DNA of 64,000 bases, from assembly GCA_046563655.1 (NCBI GenBank), contig CM102287.1, positions 9,548,001-9,612,000 of the forward strand, written 5' to 3'. A program made the position numbers and the translations under genes. Shown here piece by piece: positions 39,001 through 53,401 of the stretch. Each line of letters starts with the position of its first letter. The first letter of the stretch is position 1. The notes beneath the pieces were generated by a model. That model was not told the DNA's origin. It made no database searches and was given only the letters and a program-made list of their open reading frames with translations. The stretch comes from Yuukianura sp. NJ FZ-2021. Lineage: Eukaryota.

Positions 39001-40919
39001 AATTTCCCAGAAGCCCTCAGCATCCCAAACTCTCAGACTTTTTCAAAATTGTTTTAAAAACAGTTTTTGTTTTAAAACAGTTTTGTTTTAAAAGACAACT
39101 TTTAGGAAGGAAAAACAAAGGAAGTACTTTCGTCAATTGTCACTTCCATTTCTACTTTTTCAAAAACTTTTTTTTTCAAAAATCTTTTTTTCAAAAACAT
39201 AAGTTCTCACCAGTAACCCTAGACTATGTTTATTATTTTGAGAGCGTCAGGGGTCAGGAGAAGGTCAGATCAACAGAAGCTCACCCATTAACCCCTTATA
39301 AATCACACATAAACACTCTCTAAACTACAAAACTATTCAAACACACTCATATTTCAAAGTTTCGGGTTTTCAAAACACAAAATTTAGTCTATTTCATTTC
39401 AAAAACCAAAATTTCATATTTCATCGGTCCCAGTTTTTCAAAACAAAAATGCTTCACATGACACTCTTACAAGTGACACTTTTGGCTTCTGTTCTTCCAA
39501 AAGTGTCATCACACCCAAATAATAAATTTTTCTGCCATTCCATTTAGAACGATGTTCAAAGTTTTCAAAATTTAGAATCACTCGTTCGTTTGAAAACTTT
39601 TTAAAAAATAATACTTCAACGCCATTTCAAATTTTCTTCTGCTTTAGACGCATTTCGCTACGATTCTATCAGTTTCCTCCGAATCATTCTCATCACAAAT
39701 TGGATGCTTGTCTTTCAATTTGAAATTCTGTACTAAAATTCTCGTTTTTCGACTACTCTTTCAAAAAACGACTTTTTTTTTAAATTTCAAAGAAGAGGGT
39801 GCTGCTTAATGGAGTGTGAGGCACGAAAAACCAAAGTGTAACACCTTCCAGAAGGGCATTGTTTCACTTCAGTGCCCATCGCTGACCACTCACTAACTTT
39901 CCTCCGGCCCATTTCATGCCATTCGACACTTCTCCCACAAAATTAAAACTTAAAAACCACGTTAAAACTGAAAAACTGAAAACCTAGCTCAGAAACTATA
40001 CAAAAAGCACTTCTTTTAACACAGTTTTCAAATTTCAAGCCATTTTCGACCCGAAAAACTTAAAATATGACAAAAATTTGCCCTGTTGTAAGTCTCCTTT
40101 GAGAAAGTTCGAAAATTTCATAAGTTTCTAAAAAAAACTATTTCCCCTGTTGTGAATTTTGACTTTGAATTTTGAATTTGAAAAGCAAAAGGCTTATAGT
40201 TTTTGGTAACAAAATTCGTTTTTTCTTTCTTTTTGCTTAGTTTTTCCTTCTTTCTTTCGTTTTTTTTCCTCCCCGGTGAATGTTAGACTGTAAGCTGCAG
40301 AGGAGGGATGATTGAGGGTATCTCTGGTGCATTAATTGGAAGATGAAGGAGATGCTGGACCAAGGATGCTGTGATGCTGGGAAGATGCTGGCAAGGAGGA
40401 ACATGCCTTAGGAGTTTCCGTGCCAAGTCATCTTCCTTCGGAACATAAATTCAAAGGACGTAGAGGAAGAAACGTCTCCATTATTCACCTTCCCAGCATT
40501 CCTTCCTCAATCCTCATTAACTCCAGCCCTCCTCCATCATCTCACAAAAACACAACTTACTCTCACACAAAAAAATATAATAACATAATCATCAACTAAA
40601 AAAATAACACCAGCTTCAAAAAATTTAAACTTAAAGTTAAGTTTAGACTAAACTTTGCCAGGTGAGTTGAAAATAAAATGAAAAATTTAAAGAAAAGTAA
40701 ACGTTTTGAAAAAAGTTTTTCGGCTTACCCGAGTGCATGCATGCGAGCAGCAGTAGCAGCGGCTGAATGTGCTTCCAGTTCATACTGCGCAGTTCTCTGA
40801 GCATCCATGTGCCCCACCCCACCGGCCCCACCAAACGGATTTAAGCCACCAAACGGCAGAGATCCTGAGCCACCACTTCCCGAACTCCCACCTGCAGAAA
40901 TACCACCTTTTTCAGGCAT
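21085..40919 (-). CDS. ci: Cubitus interruptus / Gli C2H2 zinc-finger transcription factor, about 1425 aa, 12 coding exons
   Basis: Phase-consistent exons 40729-40919, 29895-30112, 27783-27902, 27100-27297, 26232-26497, 25880-26137, 25659-25808, 24140-24304, 23817-24071, 23388-23748, 23130-23269, 21085-23040. Contain [27 protein letters not shown], five Gli fingers ([38 protein letters not shown]), the PKA cluster [25 protein letters not shown] and TYQRTL. Confidence 0.95.
31418..31483. repeat. 20-bp minisatellite (CCCCGCATCCCCACAGAAAT) x about 3.3 in ci intron 1
   Basis: Copies start at 31418, 31438 and 31458, with a partial copy at 31478. Confidence 0.8.
31555..31665. repeat. About 30-31-bp degenerate tandem repeat (AGAAAATGCTCATCCC..TTGAAATTT) x about 3.5
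   Basis: Recurring AGAAAA(T/A)GCTCA(C/T)CC units at roughly 31-bp spacing. Confidence 0.7.
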
Positions 40920-43900
40920 CTTCACAACTCAATCTTCTCTAGCATGGTTAAAAACTTAAAAAAAAACACAATTTTAACAGTTTTTAACAGTTTTACTAAA
41001 AAACTCAAGACGTTCCTTTTTCATGAAATTGTCCACTTTTCAAAAGTTTTCACTCTTCGGTTTTAGTTTTACGCCGTACAAAATTTTCAGTCGTTCCACC
41101 CTCACTGTTTCACACTCCAAAGTTCTTCCGACCATGTGTTTTCTGATTCAACAATAATAACTTTTGAATTTTCAAATTTCAAAACTCAGTTTTAACAAAT
41201 TTTAAACCGAATTCCTCAACACCGAAATTACTCAACACTGTTTAAACTCTAATTGAAAAACTTCAAGAAAACAGTGTTAAAACAGGGTTTTAGAGTCTTA
41301 AACACCGTTTTAACTAGTAAAACTGTTTTAACTGTCCAGTTTTGCTATTGTTAAAAGTCCTTCGTTGGATGTGTGTGGGTTGATTGTTGGACTGACTCTG
41401 ATCTTTGGTTAACTTGGGGCTCTCTGGCTCAGGTTCTGGAAGGGAGAGATGAGATGACAGGGGAATGTTACAACTCAACTAAAGTGGTCTGACCACTTCG
41501 TCCCTCACGGCTAAGAATTCCTTCAGAACCTCCACAACAGCCCTTCAAGGGCTCCCCCTTAACAACATCAACCACCCCACGCCAGAGCCAAGGGCCCACC
41601 AAACAAGAGTTCAACAACAATTTTGATCAACAAATTAATCACCAAAGATTCGGCTTCAGCTAACCTTCTTCAGCAGGAATTCTTTTGAACAAAATATTTT
41701 TGACTTAATTGCAGTTGATCTATTCGTAGTTGACTAAATTGCACGGGACAGGATTCAAGGGCCCCATATCCCTTGCCCTTCCAGTCCCTCCTATACCCAA
41801 ACCCTCCATTGGTTTCGCCTTGTTACACCATCCACACACACTCCGCACAAAATTACTCAATTTAACTCTCACTTTCTCAGTTTCAACCGGCAAGTTTTAA
41901 CCCACAAGAACCACTCAAACAAAAATAATATTAAAATATTATACTAATAATAATAATATTACAATATAAATAATAATAATCCATAATTTGATGTAATGAA
42001 TTTCGATATAAATGATTTAGAGGGAACAATCCAGCGAACTAAATTGTGACCTCCGTCAGACCAGGAACAAAATGAAAACAAAAGTTTAAACGGTGTTCAA
42101 GAATTGACGTTTTGCAGAAAATTTGCAAAACTGCGACAAAAATCTAATTTCCTGAAAACTTTTACTTTAGACTTTAGTTTTTCCAAAAAATACTTAAGTT
42201 TTTCGAGTCAAAGGCCCCTGTTTTTTCGAAAATCCTAATTAAAGTCCCCCCTCCAAAGTGCTGGCCCATTTCGTCCAAGTCCAAAAGACTCATAAATATT
42301 CTCCAAAGCCTCAAATTACTTGTCACTGCGTTCAAAACCGCAGCAGAGAGCGAGCTAACGAGGATATCGGATGCCGGAGTGGAAAAGTTCCTGGAAGCTG
42401 CGTTGTCATGTGACAACACGCGGCGACAACACAAGTGCTGACTGCTGACGAACGGAAGGAAATGAAGCTTAAGAAACCGATTCCAGAGTGTGATATGTTC
42501 TCTAATTGACAGCCAACGCTGATTAACACCCTTTCAGAATAAAACACCCTCTTTTACAAAAAACACCCGAAAAAACACTCTCAAAACACTTGAAAACTCA
42601 AGGTAAAACACCCAGATCAATCTCACTTGTCAAAATTCATCAACATTGTTCCTCACGATCCCTATTCTCTTCTCCAAACAAAAAGAGTGTCCAAGATCTA
42701 GTTCCAGGACCTACAAAAAGGGCCCATGGACCCTTCAAAAGTCAACTTCCAAGGGCTCCCGTGTACCCTTCGCCTTCTGCGAAGTCTTAAGTCAACTTGG
42801 CATCTTTCAGTTCTCTTCTTTGTACATCTTCTTCACACCGTCGTTTCTCACTTTCCATTGTCAAAAGTCTCCTGATTGGTTCATAAGATCCCTTAAGGGC
42901 CCCTTCCACTTTCACTGTTAACCTAACATTTTCTTGCTACAAAAAGAGAATGGAACAGAGGAAAGCATAAATCAGCCCCCTGTCACCTTCGAACTCATTT
43001 ATTAGGAAATACCTCAAGGACACAAAAACCAAGGGCCCCCCGGGGGGACCCTTTACGGAACCACCACAGGCCACACTCCCTCTTAACACACTACCACACC
43101 TCGTCAGCAAAGGAACCTCCAGGATGATTCAAAACCAAAGGATCCAGGCCGATCCCTTGGAAGTCAGGGGGTACTGACCCCCAAGGGGTCCAGAGGGGGC
43201 CCTTTTTTGCTCAACTGTGCAACATGAGAAAAATCTACAAGTACGAACAGAAAACTTCCATTTTGAGAGACTTGAGACCTATTCATTGTATACCCGTTAG
43301 GTTTCAGGGGGACCCTTAACCCTCCAAGTGATTACATGGTTTAAGGGCCCTTCTCTGCTTACTCCAGAGCCAATTTTCAAAATGGATACAAAACGCCCAT
43401 GTCATCAGCCAATCAAATCAATTCATTCGCCCTTCACAATAAAACCACACTAAACATTTCAATTTCAAAAAACTTTTTTTTTTAAATTGTTCAAAAAAAT
43501 CGGTTCATTATGTTCTAAATTTTTATTTAATCGTGTTCCTCTTTTTTTAAAAAAAGAAAAGAGTCTCGTGAGATTCCAATTTCAATTCAATTCCTCTTTT
43601 TCAAAATTGGCCCTTCAAAAAATAACACTCCGCCCAATTTCTATTTCAACAAGACCAAAATCTAAAAAAAAATCTTTTCAATTCAAAATCTTTTCAATTT
43701 TTCACACCTCCAATTTAGGACGATCCAATTCAAAATTTTCAATTTCAAAAAATTTCAATAGCAATATCAACTCTCAATCTCCGTTTTGACAGGAACTTTA
43801 ACAAAACATAAAATTAACCATTTGAGATCCAATTCTCAAAGTACCTTTAAGTACCCCCTCTCAAAATTTAGTTAAAATCTAATCAAAAGGGGGCCCTTCG

Positions 43901-46900
43901 CTATATAAAAAATCAGTTGAGGTCATCTTCAAGAACGTGCCCTTTGTGAGAGTCCTCGTCCTAGATTTTCAACCTCAATTTCAAGGTCTCCGCGCAGGTC
44001 AAAAACAATTCTGGACAAAGGGCCCTGGGCCCTTCGTCAGAAAATTGAGTTTTATTGCAACTTATAAATTGTTGCAATTCAATTTTTACTATGTTTGTGT
44101 TTTGACTCTGACAGAATTATTGGCCTCCGGAATTGAAACATCCTCTATCAATTGCCAATTCTGGTCAACTGTCCAAGGGACCTCCTTCTAAGGGCCCCCA
44201 TTTTATGAAGGGCCCTGCAATAAATACACCAAGGCTGAGGTCAGAGACCCACCGGATTCAAAAACCACCAAAAACACCCTCACCCATGGTCACAAAAACC
44301 AAGTCCCACCCAACTGGATGTCAAACATTATGCTCCCAACTCCATAATTTCGAAAAATTAAAAAATAAATGTAAAAAATTTCGACTAATTTTCAAAATTT
44401 TGAGAAAAAATACACAACTAAATTTCTAAACATCACCGCCATTATAGACTTTCTCCGTAATTCGTCGCTACAAAACCAAAAAATGAAAGTTTCTACCCCT
44501 CGGTGAATGATTGAAGTTTCGCAAACGTCTTGTGCGGTTCGCTGTCAAATGTTAAAGTAAAAGTATAAAATAATGGTTAAATTAATTAAATTAATAAATT
44601 AAGTTATATTAAAATTAACACACAATTAAGCTAAAAAGCAGCCCTTGCATCTGGTTTTGAATTCCACTGGACTTTCCCATCCCACGGAAAGTTCTTCTTG
44701 GGCGTCATAATTCATATGGCTAACGGCTTCAATAAAACCAGTAAAAAGTTAAAGAGCTTTCCAAATGTAAACATCTCCACAACTTCCATTACATGAGATT
44801 CAAATATTTGAAAATTAGCGCCTCTAAGGCCTCGTTTGATCTTAAGTGTAGCATGTGGACTGATGGCAAACACTAATAAAAAGTTGTGGAAGTGCTATTA
44901 AGTCAAAGTGAAAAGACAAATAACAAACAAGACACTTAAGGACTAACAGCCCCTAATAACCTAATACTCACAAATACTCAAATATTTACTCACACGGTAC
45001 CGTGAAACAAGTTATCAGGCACTGGGAACTTGAAAACTTTGACTTTCAAATTCAAATTTCAAAAAAATCGCCTCCTCTTTTTAAAAAATCGGTTCCGATC
45101 TCTGGAACTAACGAACGATTTTCTGCATTTTTCAGCGGGAACTTTTGAACTTTCAAAATCGCTACACCTTAATTTTTATTTGAAGTTCCTTTGATTTCAA
45201 TTCAGACCGCCAAAGACGCTAAACCAAAATTAACTGTGGCGGTAAAAGCGTTAAATTGCTTAATAGTTTTTAGTTTGCAAAGTTTAGTAGCAGTTTTCAT
45301 TTTACTTTTAGTTTTTATTGTTAGATTGAAGCGGGAGTTAGAACTTGCGAAAAAACTGCAAAGCTCAGTTAAATATTAATGGCAACTTGCAAGCCATTTA
45401 GCAAAGTGCCATAAAAACTTTGCAGAAATGAGGTCAAAGGTCAAACGCTCTGCTTCTGTCTCAGTTTCAAGCGACGTAACGAACGAAACAAAAGATTTAC
45501 TAACTCGTAACACGTCGTAGACTCCACTTTTGCTGACACGGGAAAATTGTTAATAAAAATTAAAAATAACTTCTCTCACTTGTTACATAGCTTCAGATTC
45601 TTAACGCCTCAATTCTCAACTACTCAAGGTCGTTTAAGCTAGGTTAGTTAGGCTAACCTAGTCATAAACCTAACCAAATTTCAGTGCAAAAGCAATGACC
45701 TTAACAATTCAAAAGTGTTGACATTTGACCTCAACTGCAAAAAGCCACTTATTTGATAAATCCAACACGAAAAACAAACAAAAAACATTTTTTTTTGACA
45801 TAATGAACTTTAGAAGAATAGAAAATCGGATTTTGGACATAATGGATTTTGAAATTCTGAAGAATCTTTGAACTGTGAAACTTCGACTGTTGAAAGTAAC
45901 AAAAATAACTTTGAATTTTGATATTTTCAAAATTTAGAGATTGACAGAGGTAAGAGGTCAATTTGTGAAAGTGATCTGCACTCTTCTCTCAAAATGGAAA
46001 CCACAGATGAATGGAACTCCTAACCTCATCTCCTCTCTCCCTTCGGCACCCTTTGAACTGCTCCAATGAAAAACACATTTTCAAATTTCAATTTCAATTA
46101 ACCCTTCTTCCTCTTCCAAATTTTGAACAATGACACAGCAGGTCACAAAAGCCGCCATCTTTTCACAAAATTTAAAAATGCCGCCACGTTTACAAAACAA
46201 AAATAGCATACTTCCAAAAAAAATCAACGAAATTGCTTACCGAAAGATTCTAAAATTTTCAGTTAGAACCAGAAAGAAGCAATAGATCACATTCGAAACT
46301 GAAATTTCGAATTTCTGAGTTTAGATTTGCAGTGTAATTTTTAGCGTGTCCTCCAAATTGTTCAACTTTCAAATTTCGAATTCCAAATTCAATTTTTTTC
46401 AACTTCATAAGTTGAAAACCAAGATTTTTATGACTCCATTGTCTCGTTTCACCTGTTGGAAGTCTGAATTGAAATTGAAAAACTGAATTTAAACTTTTGA
46501 GCGGTGCAGGTAGGACCTTGGAGTGTCCAAATTCGTCAGGCCCTTCAACTTCCCTTAATTAAAGTGGGAATGCGTGAAGAATAGATTGGAAGCAGAGGGA
46601 GGGCCTTAAGGGCTCCCTTAATAAACATGTTATTCCAACCTAATCCTCAGAGACAACAATGAAATCTACGCCAACTTCATCATCACCAAACACCAACGTG
46701 TTAAATTTCACACTACACAGCCAAATATCCAACTTCCAAATTAACACATCACTCCCGTCTCCACCAATTAAACTCAAATTCTCCCGCTCCTGCATTACAC
46801 CTCTGAGTTAAAAAAGAGCCCTTAAGGGCCCCTTTCCAAACAAAACCCCGAAAAACGGGACTTAAGGACTCTCCGAACAAAGTACAAAAGTTGAAGAAGA

Positions 46901-49041
46901 GAAAAGGTGACAGAATTGGACTCAAATCCGGCTAATGAGGCTCAAAACTCAGTTTTTGGACAAAGGGGACCCTGAGAAAGTCCTGTAAAAATACAATAGG
47001 ATTTTGCAATGTGAGGGAGGGAAGGCTTAAGGGGATGATCCCTTAAGGGACATGGAAAATGTCAAAGGGCAACAAAGCCTTCAATACGCTACTAACATCC
47101 ACATTACTAGGACCAAACCGACTGAAAATCCGGTTTAAACACAAAATCTTCACATTTGAACACAACAAAATCAATTGGAGCAAGAAATGTTTTTAGGCGG
47201 AACAAAAAAGTACAAGAAAAGATTTTAAACTGCAACAAAATGTCAAAGCACATGTGACCCAAATCACAAAAAAAAAAAACACACACATTACATTCGTTTT
47301 TCAAATAGAAAAAGAAAAACTAAAAATCAAAAAACAAAAAATGTTCATTTTTGTGAAAAATTCTCAAATATACGAGAAAAGTTAAGGTAACTGTTTCCAA
47401 AAGTTTGACAAATTTTATAAAGTAAAAAGTAAAATTTCAGCAACGTAGAACTCCGTTTTTGACAAACATTGAAATTTGGTCGTTCGAATTTCAAAAACTA
47501 GAAATCAGGATTTGTTTTGTTTTCTTTTTCTTCAAAATTCACAGTTTTTATTACCCGAAAAAAAATCTTGTTTCAAAATCGGTTTTTTCTTCTGAAACCA
47601 AATTTTTTTAAACCAGAGTTTTTTCTCTTTTTTTCAATGTTGTGTTATTTGTTTCGTTGAAACTGAAAATGAGTGAGGTGCAAAGGAATCCAAGTCTCAC
47701 TTTTGTTGTGCCATAAAATAGGAAGGGCTCGTAGATTTTGAGTGGCTACATGAAGGGCTCCTTCTTTACGAGCCCTTCGCCTATCCTCCGAAATCTAACA
47801 GCACAAACACAAAATGAATCCTTTGCACTCACGGTTTCTTTTGACAGTTTTAACGGTTTCCTCCAACTTTTAAGTGTCGACTACAACCCAAAGGCTCCTC
47901 TACCTTAGTTAAGGCTAACATTAGGTTCCTAACCTAAACTTTAGGCTAACTCTGAAAAAAACGACACTTGAGAGGAACAGGAACCTAATCAGACCCCAAA
48001 CTCATCAAACTAAATTTTGGAAAACAAGGGACGTGGATTTTGAAAAACAAGGAAAACCGAAACCCCTACCAAATTACTACACTTTTCACATTACACCTTC
48101 TGCGTTTCAAAATCTTACACTTTCACGCAACAGGTGAGACGTACACAAATACTTCCAAACACGACCCAACAAATTTGTACTTTCAAAAAAAAAAATTTCA
48201 ACAAAAACCAAAACTGAAATTTCAAAATTTACAAAACTTCCTTCACAGAACAAATTTTTGTTTATGAAATGAATTTTTGAGTGTTTTTTCTGCTAAAACT
48301 TTCAATTTTAGAGCAAAAGCTGATGCTAAATTGTGAGTTTCTAATTTCCTGTTTTTTTTATTTCGAAAAATTGCACAATTCCTTTTTTTCAAAAAGTTTT
48401 TAATTACTAGGTGAGATGAAAATGCGAGGTTTTGTCAAATTAAAATTGTCACAATGCATAACAGAGGAAAAGTGTTAAATTTTAAGCATTGCTCTTTTGC
48501 TCTCGTGCTGTCTAAAAAAAAGTTAACCGAACCCTGACTTGACCTCACAACCTTCATTTTTTTCAAAAAGTGTTTTTCAGAAGCCATTTTTCAAAAAAGT
48601 AGCTCGAGGTGAGGCATGAGCTGTTAAATTATTTTCTGTAAATGACTTGGGCATCTGCTCACCGCAATTTTTTTCATTTTTTGAAAAAGTTTGAAAGAAG
48701 TTTTGGAGTCCTATAATTAATAAGACAAAGGGCATTAAGAACTAGAGGGAAAGAGACAAGGAACAACTTAACTCCCAACACCAACACCACCATCTGACAC
48801 TCTCACTACTCAACCTTATGCTTTCCAAAACAAGGAGAGCCCTTAAGGGCTCCTCGTTTTCAAACTCAAAAAAAGTTTACAAAAATTAGATTGAAATTGA
48901 CCCTTCACCTTGGAGCAAGCCAGATGCTATGTATTAAGTCTTGTAGCTTCCAAAAAAAAAACTTAATTTCCTCAGTTCCACCTTAAAAAGCCGTTTAAGA
49001 TTAGGATGGACAGATTCACTTATACGCGATTTCACATAAGA

Positions 49042-49358
49042 CTTTTGGTGCATTTATTTCCTGATTGGTTAGTCGCTCAAAAAACTACGACCACACTTTT
49101 CGCATTAGCATACGCTGCTCCACATCCCGAGAGTTTGCTTTCGGACCAAAACAGGACCATTCCCCCAGAAAACATAGGTTTTCTGGAAGACGTTTCAGAA
49201 ATCCTCGGATTTCTGCCTTCTTTTGCTTCGTACGGCAAAACGGTCGAAGATTCGTCAAATAGCAAACTCTCGGGACGTGGAGCAGCGAATGCTAATGCGA
49301 AAAGTGTGGTCGTAATTTTTTGAGCGCCTAACCAATCATACAGGAAATGCACCACAAG
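49042..49358. mobile_element. Foldback/MITE-like element with about 100-bp imperfect terminal inverted repeats
   Basis: 49042-49140 is the reverse complement of about 49261-49358 with few mismatches, which explains the mirror ORFs 49006..49323+ and 49077..49355-. No clear target-site duplication seen. Confidence 0.75.
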
Positions 49359-49886
49359 ATTGGGTCAGAGTTCACGAATTTCTTGTTTACAATTTACAAT
49401 TTCGTATTACGTCACTAAGTTTCTTTATTTTCACAAATTATCAGAACTCTGAACGATTTTCGATCTTCACTGAAACATGTTTTATTTAACTTAAGTTTAA
49501 CTTAACTTAAGTCGTCACTAAGAGTTGGGGCAACCTGAGAATTGAGGCTAATAAATGTCTCACCCACTTCGCCATGCCTATTTAGAGAAACCGCGAATAG
49601 TTCTCAAATTTGAAATTTTACGCAGTGATTCGCGAGTTAGCATGAGTTGTACAAAATTTCAATCGTAAAGAATCCACCCGTCCGGGTTTTGCATGATTAC
49701 GTAATGTGGGATTTCTCAATTCTCAGTCGTTGCCATGTCTACAAAACGTTATTTGGGGTTATTTTTATTGACCTGCTGTCTCTCCTTAAGAAAAAAAAAT
49801 CAGCCAAATTATGAAAACCAAACTAAAATGTAGTTGCCAATACGTTGAGGTCTTCAAAATTTTGAAATACCGAAAAGAGTTTCATC

Positions 49887-50853
49887 TAGAGCTTCAATGT
49901 TCGAACGATAATCGAGATGTTCGAGCTTCGAACAATTGTTCGAGCTTTAAAATGAAAAGCTCGAGCTTTCGAACATTTTATAATGTTACATTTTTTTTTG
50001 TGTTATTCCATTTTTCCATGTCTTTTTCCATTATTTATTGTATTACTTAGACTTTTAGACAACTTAGATTCAACTTCATCGTCCTCAACTTGAGAAACCG
50101 GTGTCCATTTGAAGATAACTATAGCTTTCTCCCAGAGTTAACTATGCTAATTTTTGGACTTTTACCTAACCTAACCTTTAAGCCAGAGGGCGCTGAAAAC
50201 ACCAAATTTTTTGACTATGCAAATGAGGAGAAAGTGATAGTTATCTGCAAGTTATTATAGCAATAATAACTTGCAGATAACTATCACTTTCTCCTCATTT
50301 GCATAGTCAAAAAATTTGGTGTTTTCAGCGCCCTCTGGCTTAAAGGTTAGGTTAGGTAAAAGTCCAAAAATTAGCATAGTTAACTCTGGGAGAAAGCTAT
50401 AGTTATCTTCAAATGGACACCGGTAGTTATTATTGCTACTTGAGAAGCTATCTTTTAAGTTCAAGTAGTGTTAATTTGAAAATGGGAGCGAAGCAGACAT
50501 AGACAATCAAGTGTTTCATCGTTCATGGATGATCGAACTTTGTTGCGCAGGTAGCCAGCTGAGGAGAATGCTCGTTCGGATTCCACTGTTGTAGGACTAA
50601 ACTAAATCGTGTGAGAAGCGAGTTAATGAAAAATGAATAGTAATATATATTGGGTCTTTTAAGAACAAAGACTTATTTACTACAACGACAAAGTTAAAAA
50701 GTTAGTTTTTGAAATGTGCCCGCTTCCCAATTTTGTCTCATTTTCATCCAACTGTTCGAACATCTCTCCTCAAAAGCTCGAACAACGAACACCCAAAAAA
50801 TGTGGTGTTCGGTTCGAACAGTTCGAGCTTTAATGTTCGAGCTTGAAGCTCTA
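49887..50853. mobile_element. Non-autonomous hAT-type DNA transposon (MITE)
   Basis: TIRs TAGAGCTTCAA / TTGAAGCTCTA, perfect 8-bp TSD GTTTCATC (49879-49886 and 50854-50861), and subterminal arrays of TTCGAAC/TTCGAGC motifs at both ends. No transposase ORF. Confidence 0.85.
50097..50437. mobile_element. Perfect 328-bp palindromic insertion nested in the hAT MITE
   Basis: Arms 50097-50258 and 50263-50424 are exact reverse complements around the loop AGCA. A 13-bp tail follows (50425-50437). The whole is flanked by the direct repeat ACTTGAGAA (50088-50096, 50438-50446). Confidence 0.85.
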
Positions 50854-53401
50854 GTTTCATCTGAAAAAAAAAATGAAATTTTGAAATAAAGTTTCTCCTG
50901 GCTCAAAAATTTTTCTATCATTACATTCAACCCATCCGCTTAAAATAAAATCACTTTTTCGGACAAAATACTTTAACAACAGGAAAGTTGTTGCATCACC
51001 ATCGTGGTCAAAATTTAAAAACAAGAGACAAATTTTTAATTTCGGCTTGAATTCAAATTTTTTTTTTTTCAAATTTTTGAAGTTTTGAGCTTGGTTTTCG
51101 TTTTTTTGTGTTTCTGTTTGCGCTAGGTTGATTTTTGGTGGTAGTATCGTGATTCCTTGTGGTTGTTGTGTAATCTGCCAAAGGGCGAAACCAGTTATTA
51201 CGCCTCGCCTCCCTCATCATCATCATGAATCTCTTACTCGTTTATCTTCTACCTCTCTCAAACTACACAAAAGACTCATCTCCCTCTATCTTGGACGTTA
51301 TAGAGAGCCCTTAAGGGCCCTTGAGCATTCCAGCCTCCCTACAGCTCCATTCCTCCCAGATAAAGTCATCTTCTCTCCTCCCTTGGAACTTAACAATCAC
51401 GAAACGACGGCAAAAACAATTACAAACAAAGGGAAAAGCCATCTCAGAAACACAATTGAAATATTAACAACTCCACCAAATTCAACCTACCCAACAAGGC
51501 TTTTCCAACAAACAGACATCTCAAGACGCTCCTTACTGCTTCTGCTCAACCTAACCTAACAAAGACACCTCCACTTACACACTTCGACCAAACAAAAAAT
51601 TACTTTTTCAAAAACTGAAATTAAGCATGAGTCCTGCCAAAGTCACTTTCTACGAAAACCGACGGCACATTCCACACTTCAAAGAGAAGGTTTTAGATTT
51701 TTCAGGGAAAAACAATCCTCTGATTAAGAAATCACCTTGGACTTCAAAAAGGTGCCGAAATCTGAAATTATGAAAAAAAATTCCAGGAAAAGACGTCGAA
51801 ATAATTAAATTATTTTTCAGAACAAAAGGTGATGAAATTTAACAGATGATTTCATTGAACCACGTCCAAGTTATACATTCTTCTCAATTTCTATGAAAAG
51901 TGATTTCATAATTTTAAGTTTTGAGCAATCGGATCAAGCAATTTTGTCTAATCGATTGAATTTTAATGAAATTGAAAAGTGGTAGGCAAAAGTGGAAATG
52001 AATGGAACCTCATATAAAACAGTGCAACTTAAATTTTAAATTTCAAAAATTAAAAAATAATAAGCGCAAAACTTCAACTCCAACTACCTAAAACTAAAAA
52101 ATTATCTAGTTACTTAAAAACAATAAAAACCAAGTTCGCACAATTTCAAACTGGCGGAAATTTTTAACTCGTAAACGAATGGAAACTTTGGAAAAACTTT
52201 AGAATTCTTTCGGAAAACTTGTAGGATGTTATCCATTAATGTAATTTTTTCAATGAAATTTTAAAATGTTGTGTATAAAGTGAACGAAAAGGTAAATTTT
52301 GAAAGTGAAGATGATGTTTCATGCCATAATTAGAAGCAAGACATGAAACTAATCATCATAAGCTTCGAAAGGAGAAGAGATTATAACTTTTCTGGTAAGA
52401 AAAAGATGAAAGGTACCCTTAATGAGCACAGGGCCCTTGGCAAACATACTTGGGCAAATTCTACTTTCTTCCGATATCCTATTCTTACACTTTCCATAAT
52501 ACTTCAGAAATGGAGGGGGTACTTTTTGAGGGTACTTGCCCATGCTAGTCTATTGCAGGGCCCTTAGAAAATGTTCTTCTTCTTTATTACAACGTGAAGA
52601 AGAAAATGAAGAAGATTACTTAATTCACCTAGCCACAATAACTCATTTTTCTAAGGAACCCATACTTAAATTCAAGGGACAGGGGGCCCTTAACTCACGA
52701 AAACTGTCACATAAACACTCTCACACTCCAGCATCTCACATGACCTTCAAATAAAAATTTAAACATTCTAAATTAAGATTTTTACATTTTTCTTTCATAT
52801 TTCTCAATTCGTTCTGAACTTTCTAAAAAGCGGAAACGGCTGGAAGGAGCAGTAAAAATTCCCGTTTTGTTTCAAGTGTCGAAAAACTTTGTTTTTGTTC
52901 TAAAAAACTGAAAACTTGTGCTTTTTTTTAAGAAGACAGTTTAAACGATTGTTTTAGTTTAGTTTTGGAAAGTAAAAAAGAAGCTCAAAGTGAGTGATGT
53001 TGTGTCTCACATTCCTGAGTGTCTTGTGTCCACAAAACGGCACACTTCACTTAAAAACAACAAATCTACCCTAAAATGTTCTACACATGTTCTAAAATAC
53101 TTAGAACAAAACGGAAGTAGCGCTTTAACTTTCAACCCCTTGTCTTGTACTGTCAAGTAATCTGGGATTACCAGAACTAAAACAAATGTACTAAATTATA
53201 ACAAAAATGTACCAGAAATTTCAGACAAACTGCCGTCTGAAAGTTATTTCCAAAACCGCAGCATTTCTTGAGAAAACTGAGTTTAGATCTTGCGAAACGG
53301 TAGCGTGTGAGTCATAACTTTTCACAAACTTATTTTGAACGGATCTTATGCTACGCAATTTTCAAAAATTAATTAATTAAATAAGTAACTAATTGACTTA
53401 C

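Noticed and set aside
50165..50357. CCTAACCTAACC / GGTTAGGTTAGG as telomeric sequence
   Set aside because: Only about two units, internal to a mobile palindrome; not a telomere array.
49006..50464. ORFs 49006..49323+, 49077..49355- and 50255..50464-
   Set aside because: By-products of inverted-repeat elements; no protein features.
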